64,000 bases of DNA from an uncultured Haloferula sp. (lineage in GTDB: Bacteria; Verrucomicrobiota; Verrucomicrobiia; Verrucomicrobiales; Akkermansiaceae), in contig CBFGTS010000003.1 of NCBI GenBank assembly GCA_965652295.1, forward strand, positions 128,001 to 192,000, given 5' to 3'. Positions 53,560 to 62,546 of this stretch are shown piece by piece (position 1 is the stretch's first letter; each line of letters opens with the position of its first letter). A program made the position numbers and the translations under genes. The notes under the pieces are model-generated. The model did no database searches. It was not told where the DNA came from and worked only from the letters and a program-made list of their open reading frames with translations.

Positions 53560-54380
53560 TTGCGTTCGTCGAACAACCGGTGGCGCTCGGGATCCACCCT
53601 GCACATATCTCACCCTCGGCCGCGAAGTCGTATTTGAGCTGCTCGCTCCAGTTCTACTTCGAGCGGGTCGCCCGAATCCCGCGGCCCACATCGCCGTCCC
53701 TCCACCTGGGAAAGGCGGTGCATGCAGCGCTCCAGGCATTCCACCTCGCCCGCTGGCGTGGGGGCGACGACACGCCCGCAGCGATCGAGGCGGCCTTCAT
53801 CAAGGCCTTCGCCGAGCTGGAAGCCACCGAAGGTCCGGTGAAGTGGAAGGACGACAAGGACCGCACGAAAGCCTACGAAGCGGGATTGCGGGTGCTTGCC
53901 GCCTACCTCGACTCCGCAGAAGTGCTCAAGGGCAGGCCGACGGCCGTGGAAGTGCCGCTCACTGAAACGATCGAAGGGCTGCCGGTTCCCCTCACCGGGA
54001 CGGTGGATCTGGTCACCGGCGACATGGTGGCGGTCGATTTCAAATCGTCGGCCACCTCCCCAAATCCGAGGCTCGCGACGTTCGATCACGAACTCCAGCT
54101 CGTTGCCTACCAGCTGCTCATCGAGCGTGCCAGCGGGAGCGTCCCCAAGTCGCTCGACCTGATCTTCCTGGTGAAAACGAAGGTGCCTAAGGTGGTCCGG
54201 GTTTCCTCACCCCCGGCAACCAAGGCCCGCGTACTGCGAACGATCAACCTGCTGCGGGTGGCGGTCGATGGCATGAGCGAAGGACGCTTCCACCCGCAAC
54301 CCGGCATGCAATGCTCATGGTGTAGCTACCGCCGGGAGTGCGGGAAGTGGCCTGCAAGTCTGCACCGGGTCGCCGCCTGA
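53556..54380 (+). CDS. PD-(D/E)xK nuclease, RecB/AddB/Cas4-like with a 4-Cys staple
   Basis: ISPS..YLSC, G.AVH, E...G.VD...VDFKS, QL..Y and CSWC.....C. Confidence 0.88.
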   Translation: MIAFVEQPVALGIHPAHISPSAAKSYLSCSLQFYFERVARIPRPTSPSLHLGKAVHAALQAFHLARWRGGDDTPAAIEAAFIKAFAELEATEGPVKWKDDKDRTKAYEAGLRVLAAYLDSAEVLKGRPTAVEVPLTETIEGLPVPLTGTVDLVTGDMVAVDFKSSATSPNPRLATFDHELQLVAYQLLIERASGSVPKSLDLIFLVKTKVPKVVRVSSPPATKARVLRTINLLRVAVDGMSEGRFHPQPGMQCSWCSYRRECGKWPASLHRVAA

Positions 54381-54453
54381 CTCTCCATCCCGGCGGGTGC
54401 TTGCGCTCCCGCCGGGACCTGGAGATGGCAGACCTTTTCCCATATCCTGCGGG

Positions 54454-54483
54454 AAGGGCGACTCCACGACTGGGGTCGCCCTT
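54454..54483 (+). repeat. Hairpin leader, copy 1
   Basis: AAGGGCGACTCC-ACGACT-GGGGTCGCCCTT, followed by cctccaaaccaa. Confidence 0.7.
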
Positions 54484-54518
54484 TTCGCGTCCTCCAAACC
54501 AACAACCAGCCAACCATC

Positions 54519-55535
54519 ATGTCCAACGACTACAACCTCCCGCTCCTTGAAGCCGTGTGCCGCAGAGGGGTTCTGTGTGCGACCAGCATCCGCTATTGGC
54601 GGGGCTGCAAGCGCCTCAAACCTGAAGACTTGGGACTCGATCCATCCCACGTTTCCGACCGGTTGATCCAGCTCGGTCACAAACGGCTCGTCCCCAGCGA
54701 GTCGCTCTCGGCCTTCGCCCTGATCGAAAGCCGGGCTCATGCACTCGTCGAAACGGCCAGTTTTCCGTTCCTCGGGGGCATCGCCCGCTTCGTTCCGAAC
54801 CCACGGCTGTTTGGGCTCACCAACGGACTGGATCGCCTGCGCGATGAGTTCCGGCAGGCGACGCTCGACTTCGTGGCCGGCTACGGGGACCTGCGTGAGC
54901 AGGCACTCGGCGAGTGGCGCGAAGCTTCGGAACATCTCAATGGCAGTGCAGAGCACCTCCTGGCGACCATCGAGCAATCCTTTCCCCCGTCCGGGGAAAT
55001 CACCCGCAAGTTCGCGTTCGATACCCGGCTCTTCCAAATCGCGGCTCCCGAAAGCCTGCGGATCGATGTGGCCGAGTCCATCGATCAGTTGGAAATCGCC
55101 GATGAGCGCCGCCGCATCGCGGAGGACGCGGGCCGACGGCTCCAGTCCGACCTGGATGGATTCATCCGGGAAAGCGTCACCACGCTGCGTGAGGAAACCG
55201 CGCGGCTCGCCTCGGAGGTGCTGGCCACCATCAGCGGCGGTGAGGGCGGCGTGCATCAGCGCACCCTCAACCGGCTGACCAGCTTCATCGACCAGTTCCG
55301 GTCGCTGAACTTCGCTGGCGACGCCCAGTTGGAAAATACGCTGGAACGTTTCCGTCGCGATCTCCTCAGCCGCAGTGCCGAAGACTATCGCAACCAGCCG
55401 GGCGCGATGGATTCGCTGACCGATGGCCTGAGCCGTCTCCGTGAAAACGCCGTGCAGCTCGCCCGCAACGATGCCCGCGACATCATCTCCCGCTTCGGCC
55501 AGATGGGCGGGCGGAAGCTCGCTGCGGTCAGCTGA
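54519..55535 (+). CDS. DUF3150-like protein
   Basis: W.G.KRL...DL, LG.KRL, PFLGG.ARFVP and helical C-terminal half. Confidence 0.7.
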   Translation: MSNDYNLPLLEAVCRRGVLCATSIRYWRGCKRLKPEDLGLDPSHVSDRLIQLGHKRLVPSESLSAFALIESRAHALVETASFPFLGGIARFVPNPRLFGLTNGLDRLRDEFRQATLDFVAGYGDLREQALGEWREASEHLNGSAEHLLATIEQSFPPSGEITRKFAFDTRLFQIAAPESLRIDVAESIDQLEIADERRRIAEDAGRRLQSDLDGFIRESVTTLREETARLASEVLATISGGEGGVHQRTLNRLTSFIDQFRSLNFAGDAQLENTLERFRRDLLSRSAEDYRNQPGAMDSLTDGLSRLRENAVQLARNDARDIISRFGQMGGRKLAAVS

Positions 55536-55783
55536 AGTGGCGCACGCCGAAACGTAAAGGGGAGGGGGCTTGGGAAACACTACTTCACCAAGCCCCATCC
55601 CCCCCGGCGGCGGGACCTCACCGCCGCCAGCCCCTCCCGATCCGTTGACATCCCCTCCCGACATCACTGCCTCTGCCCCAATCTGCCTGAATTGAAACCC
55701 TCCTCCTACCTCCTCCGCCTACTACCTCTCCGAAAGCCAAGACCCTCCCTCGAAGCCACTCTCCCCCAACTCCCCCCAACCCC

Positions 55784-55823
55784 GCACCAAGGGCGGCTCC
55801 ATTCACGGAGCCGCCCTTGGTGC
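55784..55823 (+). repeat. Hairpin leader, copy 2
   Basis: GCACCAAGGGCGGCTCC-ATTCAC-GGAGCCGCCCTTGGTGC, followed by cctccaaaccaa. Confidence 0.7.
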
Positions 55824-55857
55824 ATCCACCTCCAAACCAATCCTCATTCCCATCAAT

Positions 55858-56247
55858 ATGTCCCATTTCACCACTATCCAAACCGCCATCCGCGATCTTG
55901 ATGCCCTTCACGACGCGTGTGCTGAACTTGACGTCGAACTCCGCCTCGACACGCCGTGCCGGGGCTATGGAAGCATCATGCGTGAGGCCCACCGCACGAT
56001 CGTGCTCAAGGGGCCTTACGACATCGCCGTCGATCCAACCGGGGAAGGCAGCGATGCCTTCGGCCTCACTACCGACTGGTGGGGCGGTCACGTCGCCCGG
56101 GAGGTGGGGGCCGGCTACGGTCGGCTCCTCCAGTGCTACGGCGTCCACAAGACGATGCGCGAGGCCCGCCACCGCGGACTGCGCACCACACGGTGTGCCC
56201 AGGCTGACGGCTCCATTCTCCTCATTTTGGAAGGAGGGGCGCTGTGA
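55858..56247 (+). CDS. DUF1257 (Ycf35-like) protein
   Basis: MSHFTTIQT.I.D...L..A, D.W, L.Q.Y and DGSI.L.L. Confidence 0.85.
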   Translation: MSHFTTIQTAIRDLDALHDACAELDVELRLDTPCRGYGSIMREAHRTIVLKGPYDIAVDPTGEGSDAFGLTTDWWGGHVAREVGAGYGRLLQCYGVHKTMREARHRGLRTTRCAQADGSILLILEGGAL

Positions 56248-56450
56248 GCCGCAGCATCCACGTCCGCGTTTCGCCCAGCGGTGACATCGCCGTCGAGGCC
56301 TTTGGCTTTCAGGGCAAGGGTTGCGAAGACGCCACCCGGGCGATCGAGCAGGCTCTCGGTCAAAGCACGGGACGACGCTTCAAGCCGGAGCACCGGCAAT
56401 CCATGAGCGTTGTCCATCAGCTGGCTCTTGGAAAAGGGGGTGATGCATGA
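56244..56450 (+). CDS. DUF2997 protein
   Basis: G.I.VEA.GF.G..C..AT..IE.ALG...KPE. Confidence 0.85.
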   Translation: MSRSIHVRVSPSGDIAVEAFGFQGKGCEDATRAIEQALGQSTGRRFKPEHRQSMSVVHQLALGKGGDA

Positions 56451-56710
56451 CCACCGCCACCCTCCGCATTGACCTCCAAGGCTGCATCGATTGCCTCTAC
56501 ACCGAGGCGATCGACCTGCGCTCCTTGGGCAAGCTTGAAGTCACCCGTGCCACCGAGATCGTCTTCCATCCCGACCAACAAGCTTGGGAGGTCCGCTCGG
56601 TGTCGTCCGATGATGTCCTGTTTGCCGCTCCTTCCCGTGAGGCTTGCCTTCAGTGGGAAAGGGAAAACATGCAGCCCGGGGTCACTCCCCCTGCCGAAGC
56701 ACCAGCCTGA
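56447..56710 (+). CDS. Hypothetical protein coupled to DUF2997
   Basis: LYTEAIDL..LG.L.V.RA, R..CL.WE; ATGA overlap. Confidence 0.75.
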   Translation: MTTATLRIDLQGCIDCLYTEAIDLRSLGKLEVTRATEIVFHPDQQAWEVRSVSSDDVLFAAPSREACLQWERENMQPGVTPPAEAPA

Positions 56711-56951
56711 TCTGTGCGGCGGGAAATCCGCCCAGCAGCTCGTCCATGGAGCATTTCAGCACCTTTGCCAGGATCACCACCTCGGCGTCGGTCACCCGGC
56801 GCAGGCCGGATTCGATCTTGGCGAAGGTGCCGCGGCTCACATCCCAACCCGCCACCTGACAGCGTCCGGCAATGCTCTCCTGGGACAGCCCCGCTTCCAA
56901 GCGGAGTTTCCTCACCCGGGGTCCAACGAGATTCTGCCGTGCGCTTGCCAT
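56682..56951 (-). CDS. XRE-family HTH regulator
   Basis: NLVGPRVRKLR...LSQE..A...SRGTFAKIE.G.R.V.D.E. Confidence 0.85.
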   Translation of the reverse strand: MASARQNLVGPRVRKLRLEAGLSQESIAGRCQVAGWDVSRGTFAKIESGLRRVTDAEVVILAKVLKCSMDELLGGFPAAQIRLVLRQGE

Positions 56952-57060
56952 TGCTCCGATTGCGGAGCTTGACCCTACCTCCAACAATTGCCTCTATTGC
57001 TCCACTGTCGGAGCAATCGGCAGCCTTCCAAACCCCTTCCAACCCCCACCTCCAATCACG

Positions 57061-57420
57061 ATGAAACCAACTCTATGGGTGGTCCTGCTCGTTGCGGGAT
57101 TGCTCACCGCCTGTGGTCCCAGCGAAAGCGACCTCCGCACGGAACTCAGGGAGATCGAAAGCGAAATGCTCGCGATCGAACTCGCCACCCGGGATCACAT
57201 GGCCCGGATGGACCAGGCCGCGATCAGCGCCGCAGCCGGCAGTTTCAACGCTGGATATGGCCTCACCGCAGGCGACTACGATACCGTCGGCGAAGGCATC
57301 GACGTCGCTGTCGAAGCCACCCGCCGCTACGACGTGTCCGCCTATTCCATCGAACAACTGCGCACCCGCTTCCAAAAGCTGGACGCACGCAAACAGGAAA
57401 TCCTCGATGCTCTCCAATAA
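57061..57420 (+). CDS. Lipoprotein of unknown function
   Basis: MKPTLWVVLLVAGLLTAC lipobox. Confidence 0.75.
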   Translation: MKPTLWVVLLVAGLLTACGPSESDLRTELREIESEMLAIELATRDHMARMDQAAISAAAGSFNAGYGLTAGDYDTVGEGIDVAVEATRRYDVSAYSIEQLRTRFQKLDARKQEILDALQ

Positions 57421-57904
57421 ACAGAAGCTGCTCATTGCAGCGAAAATCAACGCGTTTACCCACCGGATGAGATCGCATCCCAATCGCTATGTCTGCGGGC
57501 TGTTCGTGGCCGTGGTGGTGGTCTTCCTCAGCTACGAAAAGTGGGCCGAGTACCAGGATTCCAAGCCCGATCCACTCAAAGAGGCCTACGCCAAGCAACA
57601 AGCTGAAGCCGAAGCGAAACGGAGACGGCAGCGGGTATATCCGGCCTACACGCCCCAGAACAGGAAAGCCATCGAAGAGTTCGACGGCCTGTTCTACGTC
57701 GCCTCGCAGATTCATTCCGATGGAGACCTTTCCGGACTGGTCGTGCGGTTACTTTCCACGGTTCCGAACGTGAACTGGTACCCCTGTAGCCCGGACCTAA
57801 GAGGAGCTGCAGCTGACATCGAGTCGATCAAAAGCGGAGACCCTCCAGACGAGGTCACCGCGAAGATCCAGACCTTTGTCGATGTCTGCAATCGCTACCG
57901 ATAG
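57407..57904 (+). CDS. Hypothetical single-TM protein
   Basis: Starts at ATG 57407, overlapping the upstream gene end; one TM helix. Confidence 0.6.
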   Translation: MLSNKQKLLIAAKINAFTHRMRSHPNRYVCGLFVAVVVVFLSYEKWAEYQDSKPDPLKEAYAKQQAEAEAKRRRQRVYPAYTPQNRKAIEEFDGLFYVASQIHSDGDLSGLVVRLLSTVPNVNWYPCSPDLRGAAADIESIKSGDPPDEVTAKIQTFVDVCNRYR

Positions 57905-58015
57905 CCTCGAATCCCCAAGGCTTCCTCCGCCCCCAGAGACCGCGGTTTCCCACGAAAGGCACCAAATCCCGAAGACCCGGGAGGGCAAAAATCCCATCTA
58001 CTTCACCCGCGTCCG

Positions 58016-58354
58016 ATGAAAAATCTTCAACGCCTCAAGCTTGCAGCTCTGCTCGCTGCCATCGCCGTCCTGTCCCTCCCTGCCGTTGCAGAACCTAGCG
58101 TTCACAAGGCAAACATCGAAGTCGCCGCCGGGCTTCCAAACAGGATGGCCTCGACCCACGTCCTCGCCGCCCGGGTCGAGCTGTTCCACAAGGACCAGCT
58201 CGGCCACTGGGTAAAGGTCAGGAGCTTCATTCGCTACGATTCTTTCGTCGGGCTCGTAACGGCCTTCGACCAGCGATCCCGGAAGGAGATTGAATACCAT
58301 CAAGGCGATTGGCGGGTTGAATGGGCACGGACCATTCACACCGAACGTGACTGA
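58016..58354 (+). CDS. Secreted hypothetical protein
   Basis: Signal peptide MKNLQRLKLAALLAAIAVLSLPAVA. Confidence 0.65.
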   Translation: MKNLQRLKLAALLAAIAVLSLPAVAEPSVHKANIEVAAGLPNRMASTHVLAARVELFHKDQLGHWVKVRSFIRYDSFVGLVTAFDQRSRKEIEYHQGDWRVEWARTIHTERD

Positions 58355-58468
58355 CTCCGATCCCCTACGCTTCCCCCTCCCCCCAGAGACCCCGGTTCCC
58401 AGCGTGGAACCGGGGTCTTCTGTTTTCACCCCCAACCTCACTTCAACCGCAACACCGCAATCTCCATC

Positions 58469-59998
58469 ATGAACCACACCCCCATCACCACCTACCTCCG
58501 CGCCGGCTACCCCGGCCTCATCCTGGTGACGTCCGAGGAGGCGCGCGCCGAGGCCGAAGTCGCCTCGGTCTGTGTCGAGCTCGACCGTCACCTCCATGCC
58601 TGGTCGTCAACCGACGGCCTCGTTGACATCGGAGCGTCCCACGCCACTCCTTGTGCTGATCCGCTGGAAGCCCTCCAACTTGTCGAGGATCTCTTCTCAG
58701 CGCGGGACACCCGACATGTCGTGCTGATGCGCGACCTTCAGCCCTATTTCGACCAGCAGGATCCGCAGCTCGTCCGCCGGCTCAAAGACCTCCTTCGCGC
58801 CGCCAAGACCACGGGTCATGCGCTCATCCTGACCGGTTGCCGATCGAAGCTGCCACCCGAACTCGAACACGAGCTCACCCGGGTCGAGCTGGCACTGCCG
58901 GATGCCGGCCAGCTTGCTGCCGTTCTCGACGGCATCCTGGCCTCCAGCGATCATCCGATATCCGATCCCACCGCACGGGAAGCGATCCTGCAAGCCGCCC
59001 TCGGGTTGACGACGATTGAAGCGGAGAATGTCTTCGCTCTGTCGATGGTCGAAACCGGACACATCGATCCAGAAGTGGTCGCGCGCGAAAAGGCCAGCCG
59101 TCTGAAAAGCGGCGGCCTCGTCGAAGTCATCGAGGCAGGCATCGGGCTCGGCGACATCGGCGGTCTCGACGAATTGAAACGATGGCTTTCCGGGCGGCGG
59201 CGCGCCTTCGGCACGACCGCCCGAAGCTACGGCCTTCCGGCCCCGAAGGGGCTGCTCATCGTCGGCATCCCCGGCACCGGCAAGAGCCTTACCGCCAAGG
59301 CTGCTGCCAGCGCTCTCCAGCTCCCGTTGCTCCGCCTCGACATGGGGCGGGTCTTTGGCGGCATCGTCGGTCAGAGCGAGGCCAACCTGCGTACGGTCAT
59401 TCACACCACTGAGGCGATCGCCCCGTGCGTGCTGTGGATTGATGAAATCGAAAAAGGATTCGCGGGTAGCAGCAACAGCGGCAGTACCGATGGCGGCACT
59501 TCCTCCCGTGTCTTCGGCTCGTTCCTGAGCTGGATGCAGGAAAAGGAGAAGCCGGTGTTCGTGGTCGCAACCGCCAACGATGTTTCCCAGCTGCCACCGG
59601 AGTTTCTGCGCAAGGGCCGGTTCGACGAGATCTTCTTCGTGGACCTCCCGGATGCAAAAGAGCGCGCGAACATCTGGGACATCGTCATCGCCCGACATGG
59701 CAGATGTCCGACGGACTTCGATCCTGTCGTCCTGGCTGGTGCGGGAGAGTCCTTCACCGGAGCGGAAATCGAAGCCGCATTCGTGGACGCGCTTCACGAG
59801 GCCTTCGCCGAAGATCGCGAACCGACCATGGCCGACATCGGTGAAGCCATCGGCCGCATCGTCCCGCTGGCGCAGCTCATGGACGGACGGATCGCCGCGC
59901 TCCGCCACTGGGCGACGGGACGTGCTCGTGAAGCGGGCACGCGCGAGATCCAATCAACGGGGAAGCGAAGTTCGCGGCGAGTCACTCCCATGAACTAA
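58469..59998 (+). CDS. Ycf46-like AAA+ ATPase
   Basis: Degenerate N-terminal AAA domain, IGGL..LK.WL, GIPGTGKS, WIDEIEK, ATAN and RKGRFDEIFFVDLP. Confidence 0.92.
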   Translation: MNHTPITTYLRAGYPGLILVTSEEARAEAEVASVCVELDRHLHAWSSTDGLVDIGASHATPCADPLEALQLVEDLFSARDTRHVVLMRDLQPYFDQQDPQLVRRLKDLLRAAKTTGHALILTGCRSKLPPELEHELTRVELALPDAGQLAAVLDGILASSDHPISDPTAREAILQAALGLTTIEAENVFALSMVETGHIDPEVVAREKASRLKSGGLVEVIEAGIGLGDIGGLDELKRWLSGRRRAFGTTARSYGLPAPKGLLIVGIPGTGKSLTAKAAASALQLPLLRLDMGRVFGGIVGQSEANLRTVIHTTEAIAPCVLWIDEIEKGFAGSSNSGSTDGGTSSRVFGSFLSWMQEKEKPVFVVATANDVSQLPPEFLRKGRFDEIFFVDLPDAKERANIWDIVIARHGRCPTDFDPVVLAGAGESFTGAEIEAAFVDALHEAFAEDREPTMADIGEAIGRIVPLAQLMDGRIAALRHWATGRAREAGTREIQSTGKRSSRRVTPMN

Positions 59999-60408
59999 CG
60001 GACGCATGACAGCCCTCCAATACTTGTGTGGCGAAAGCCACACCCGTCCCGACGAATGGGAAGAGCAAGATGGTCCGGACTCGGGCGTGGGAGTGGATCA
60101 CTGATTCCACCATCCAGACTTGGGCCTCTGGTACGTCTGCACCGATCAGGGTGTCTTGAGCGCGTCCCCAATCGAAGAGCAGCCGTGAGTCAGCTCAGGT
60201 GCCACCCCTCCGGTTGCGCTACGACTTCCTCCACTCCCTTGAACAGCCCGCTGAACGGCTGCCCCCTTTCAGCCCACGCGTTCCGGGCACTTGCGAACCG
60301 CTCCAGTTCGCCGGGGCCACCCCCCTCCGCTTCGCGGGGGGCGGCCCACCTCCTTCCTCTCTCACTGCCGTTCTCTGGCAGCGCTCCACCCCAACAACCA
60401 ATACCCCC

Positions 60409-61461
60409 ATGATAACCACACTGCATTACCGCCAAGGTTCCTCTGACAAAGTCTACCAAGTCTCCATCGACCCGGCGGACGATGGCTTCCTCGTGAACTT
60501 CGCGTATGGACGCCGTGGAGCCACGTTCAGCACTGGCTCCAAGACTCCGGCTCCCGTTTCCCGGGAAGAGGCCCAACGCCTCCACGACCGCCTTGTCGCC
60601 TCCAAGACGGCCAAGGGTTACGTCCTCACCACCGACGGCACGCCCTACAGCGGCACCGACCACGAGAGCCGCCACATCGGGATCCAGTGCCAGCTCCTCA
60701 ACCCTGTGGAGGAATCGGAAGCCTTCGATCTGCTCCGGGATCATCGTCATGTCCTTCAGGAAAAGTTCGATGGTCGCCGGTTGCTGGTTCGCCGGCAGGA
60801 TGGCGAGGTCATCGGCATCAACCGGCGCGGCCTTCAAGTGGGCCTCCCCGAACCCATCGCCAACGCCGCGAAGGATCTGCCGCTCGATTGCCTCATCGAC
60901 GGTGAGGCCATCGGCGACACCCTCCACGCCTTCGATCTGCTCGAACTGAAAGGGATTGATTTGCGTGATCGTGGCTATCTCTACCGTTTGGCGGGGCTGT
61001 TGCGATTGCTCGATCCCGGGTCCGCCATCCGCCCGGTATCCACCGTCATCGACCCTGCCGACAAGGAGGCGACGTTCCAGACGCTCCGGATCACCGGGGC
61101 AGAAGGCGTCGTGTTCAAAGACGGGGACGCACCCTACACTCCAGGTCGCCCGGCTTCCGGCGGCACTCAGCTGAAGTTCAAATTCGTGGCGAGCGCATCG
61201 TTCATCGTCTCGGCCATCAACGCCCGCCGAAGCGTGGCCCTCGCGCTCTTCGATGAGTCCATCAAGGTCCCGGCAGGCAATGTCACGATTCCCCCCAACC
61301 ATGACCTGCCATCCGCCGGGTGCGTCGTGGAGGTCCGTTACCTGTACGCCTATCGGGAAAGCGGCCGCATCTACCAGCCGGTCTACCTCGGCCGGCGGGA
61401 CGACATCCCCGTGGAGGCATGCACCGTCACGCAGCTGAAGTTCAAACCAGTGCCCTATTGA
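60409..61461 (+). CDS. WGR domain plus ATP-dependent DNA ligase
   Basis: SDKVY...YGRRG...K..KGY (WGR); QEKFDG, IDGE, FDLL, EGVVFK and KFK (ligase); OB-fold VEVRY. Confidence 0.88.
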   Translation: MITTLHYRQGSSDKVYQVSIDPADDGFLVNFAYGRRGATFSTGSKTPAPVSREEAQRLHDRLVASKTAKGYVLTTDGTPYSGTDHESRHIGIQCQLLNPVEESEAFDLLRDHRHVLQEKFDGRRLLVRRQDGEVIGINRRGLQVGLPEPIANAAKDLPLDCLIDGEAIGDTLHAFDLLELKGIDLRDRGYLYRLAGLLRLLDPGSAIRPVSTVIDPADKEATFQTLRITGAEGVVFKDGDAPYTPGRPASGGTQLKFKFVASASFIVSAINARRSVALALFDESIKVPAGNVTIPPNHDLPSAGCVVEVRYLYAYRESGRIYQPVYLGRRDDIPVEACTVTQLKFKPVPY

Positions 61462-61529
61462 CTTTGAGCCCACGGACCAAATCGGTCCGTGGGTCCGGCC
61501 TTATCCGGGGTCCGTAGGGGCCACCCCAC

Positions 61530-61565
61530 AAAAAAAGCCCGTCCCTGCTTCCAGGAACGGGCTTT
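61530..61565 (-). terminator. Intrinsic terminator, probably bidirectional
   Basis: Minus strand AAAGCCCGTTCCTG-GAAG-CAGGGACGGGCTTTTTTT, between convergent genes. Confidence 0.8.
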
Positions 61566-61582
61566 CGACGGTCTCGTTGCTG

Positions 61583-62308
61583 CTACGCAAGCTTCAGATC
61601 GATCAAGCTCTTGATCTTGCGATCCAGATTGATCAGCTCCCGCAAATCACACGCAGCCAGGTGGGAGTCGATACCCGAGCGGACGGCGGTCGGAGCTGGC
61701 TCCTTTCGGCGCGGCCGACGCCGGCGCCGACGCTTGCCACTCCGCTGCGGTTCCTCCACAGGCTCTACTTGATTCTTGGCGACCGGAGATTTGACTTCGG
61801 CATCGGCCGAGCCCGTGGCGACAGATCTCATCGCAGGATCTCCGCTGGCATCAGCGCCGGTGACATCACCGCTACCACGGGGATGCTCACTCTGGACCAA
61901 TTGGGTTGCCGACTCCGTTCCTACTACATTTAAGGGGGACATCGGCACCGGTCCCGGCACGTCGGCGGCGGCCTTCGGATGGAACACGCTTGCCACCGCG
62001 GAAGACTTCTTGAGCAGCTCCGCGACATCCCTCAAGCGGACCATGTAAGGAGCTTTGGCGGCCGCCTGAGTCGCAGACAGCTTGCCTCCCTTGACCCAGT
62101 TCTTCAGGGTACTGACAGCCGCAGAAAACTCCGCCGCCGCCGCCTTCAGATTTACAGGTTCGTCCGCATAGATCACGGGCTCCTCCGAAGGCTTGGTGTT
62201 TTCGGTGGTCGGACTCACCCCTGTGCCTTCGACGTGGACCGGGAGGTTTTCCGCCACTCCGTCTGCCGCTTTTTTAAGCGGATCGGCACCGCCTTTGTTT
62301 TTGTTCAT
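61583..62308 (-). CDS. Protein with a MerR/excisionase-like HTH and low-complexity tail
   Basis: NLKAAAAEFSAAVSTLKNWVKGGKL...YMVRLRDV; ATG at 62308 is inferred. Confidence 0.7.
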   Translation of the reverse strand: MNKNKGGADPLKKAADGVAENLPVHVEGTGVSPTTENTKPSEEPVIYADEPVNLKAAAAEFSAAVSTLKNWVKGGKLSATQAAAKAPYMVRLRDVAELLKKSSAVASVFHPKAAADVPGPVPMSPLNVVGTESATQLVQSEHPRGSGDVTGADASGDPAMRSVATGSADAEVKSPVAKNQVEPVEEPQRSGKRRRRRRPRRKEPAPTAVRSGIDSHLAACDLRELINLDRKIKSLIDLKLA

Positions 62309-62460
62309 AGCTGAAATGTGAGAGCGGGCGAAACGATTCCCGGTTTCGCCCGGTTTCCAAAGTGGTCCGGGTACCACAGAAAGTTCCCAGCCCGAGCCGG
62401 ATGCCCGAACTGGGATTGCTACGTAATGGCCCCGGCCGGAGTGGCAGGGGCGACTCAAAG

Positions 62461-62530
62461 ACGCTTCGTCAGCTCCTCACGGAACTGACTAGGCAGAAAC
62501 CCGGCGGGCACGTCTCCGCGCACCGGGCTT
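62461..62530 (-). ncRNA. Group II intron domains V and VI
   Basis: 34-nt DV AAGCCCGGTGCGCG-GAGA-CGTGCCCGCCGGGTTT with an AGC triad, followed by the hairpin GTCAGTTCC-GTGA-GGAGCTGAC. Confidence 0.8.
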
Positions 62531-62546
62531 GCTGGAAGCCATCCCG

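Noticed and set aside
53556..54380. cas4 / CRISPR-Cas locus
   Set aside because: No repeat-spacer array or other cas genes were seen; this is a stand-alone PD-(D/E)xK nuclease.
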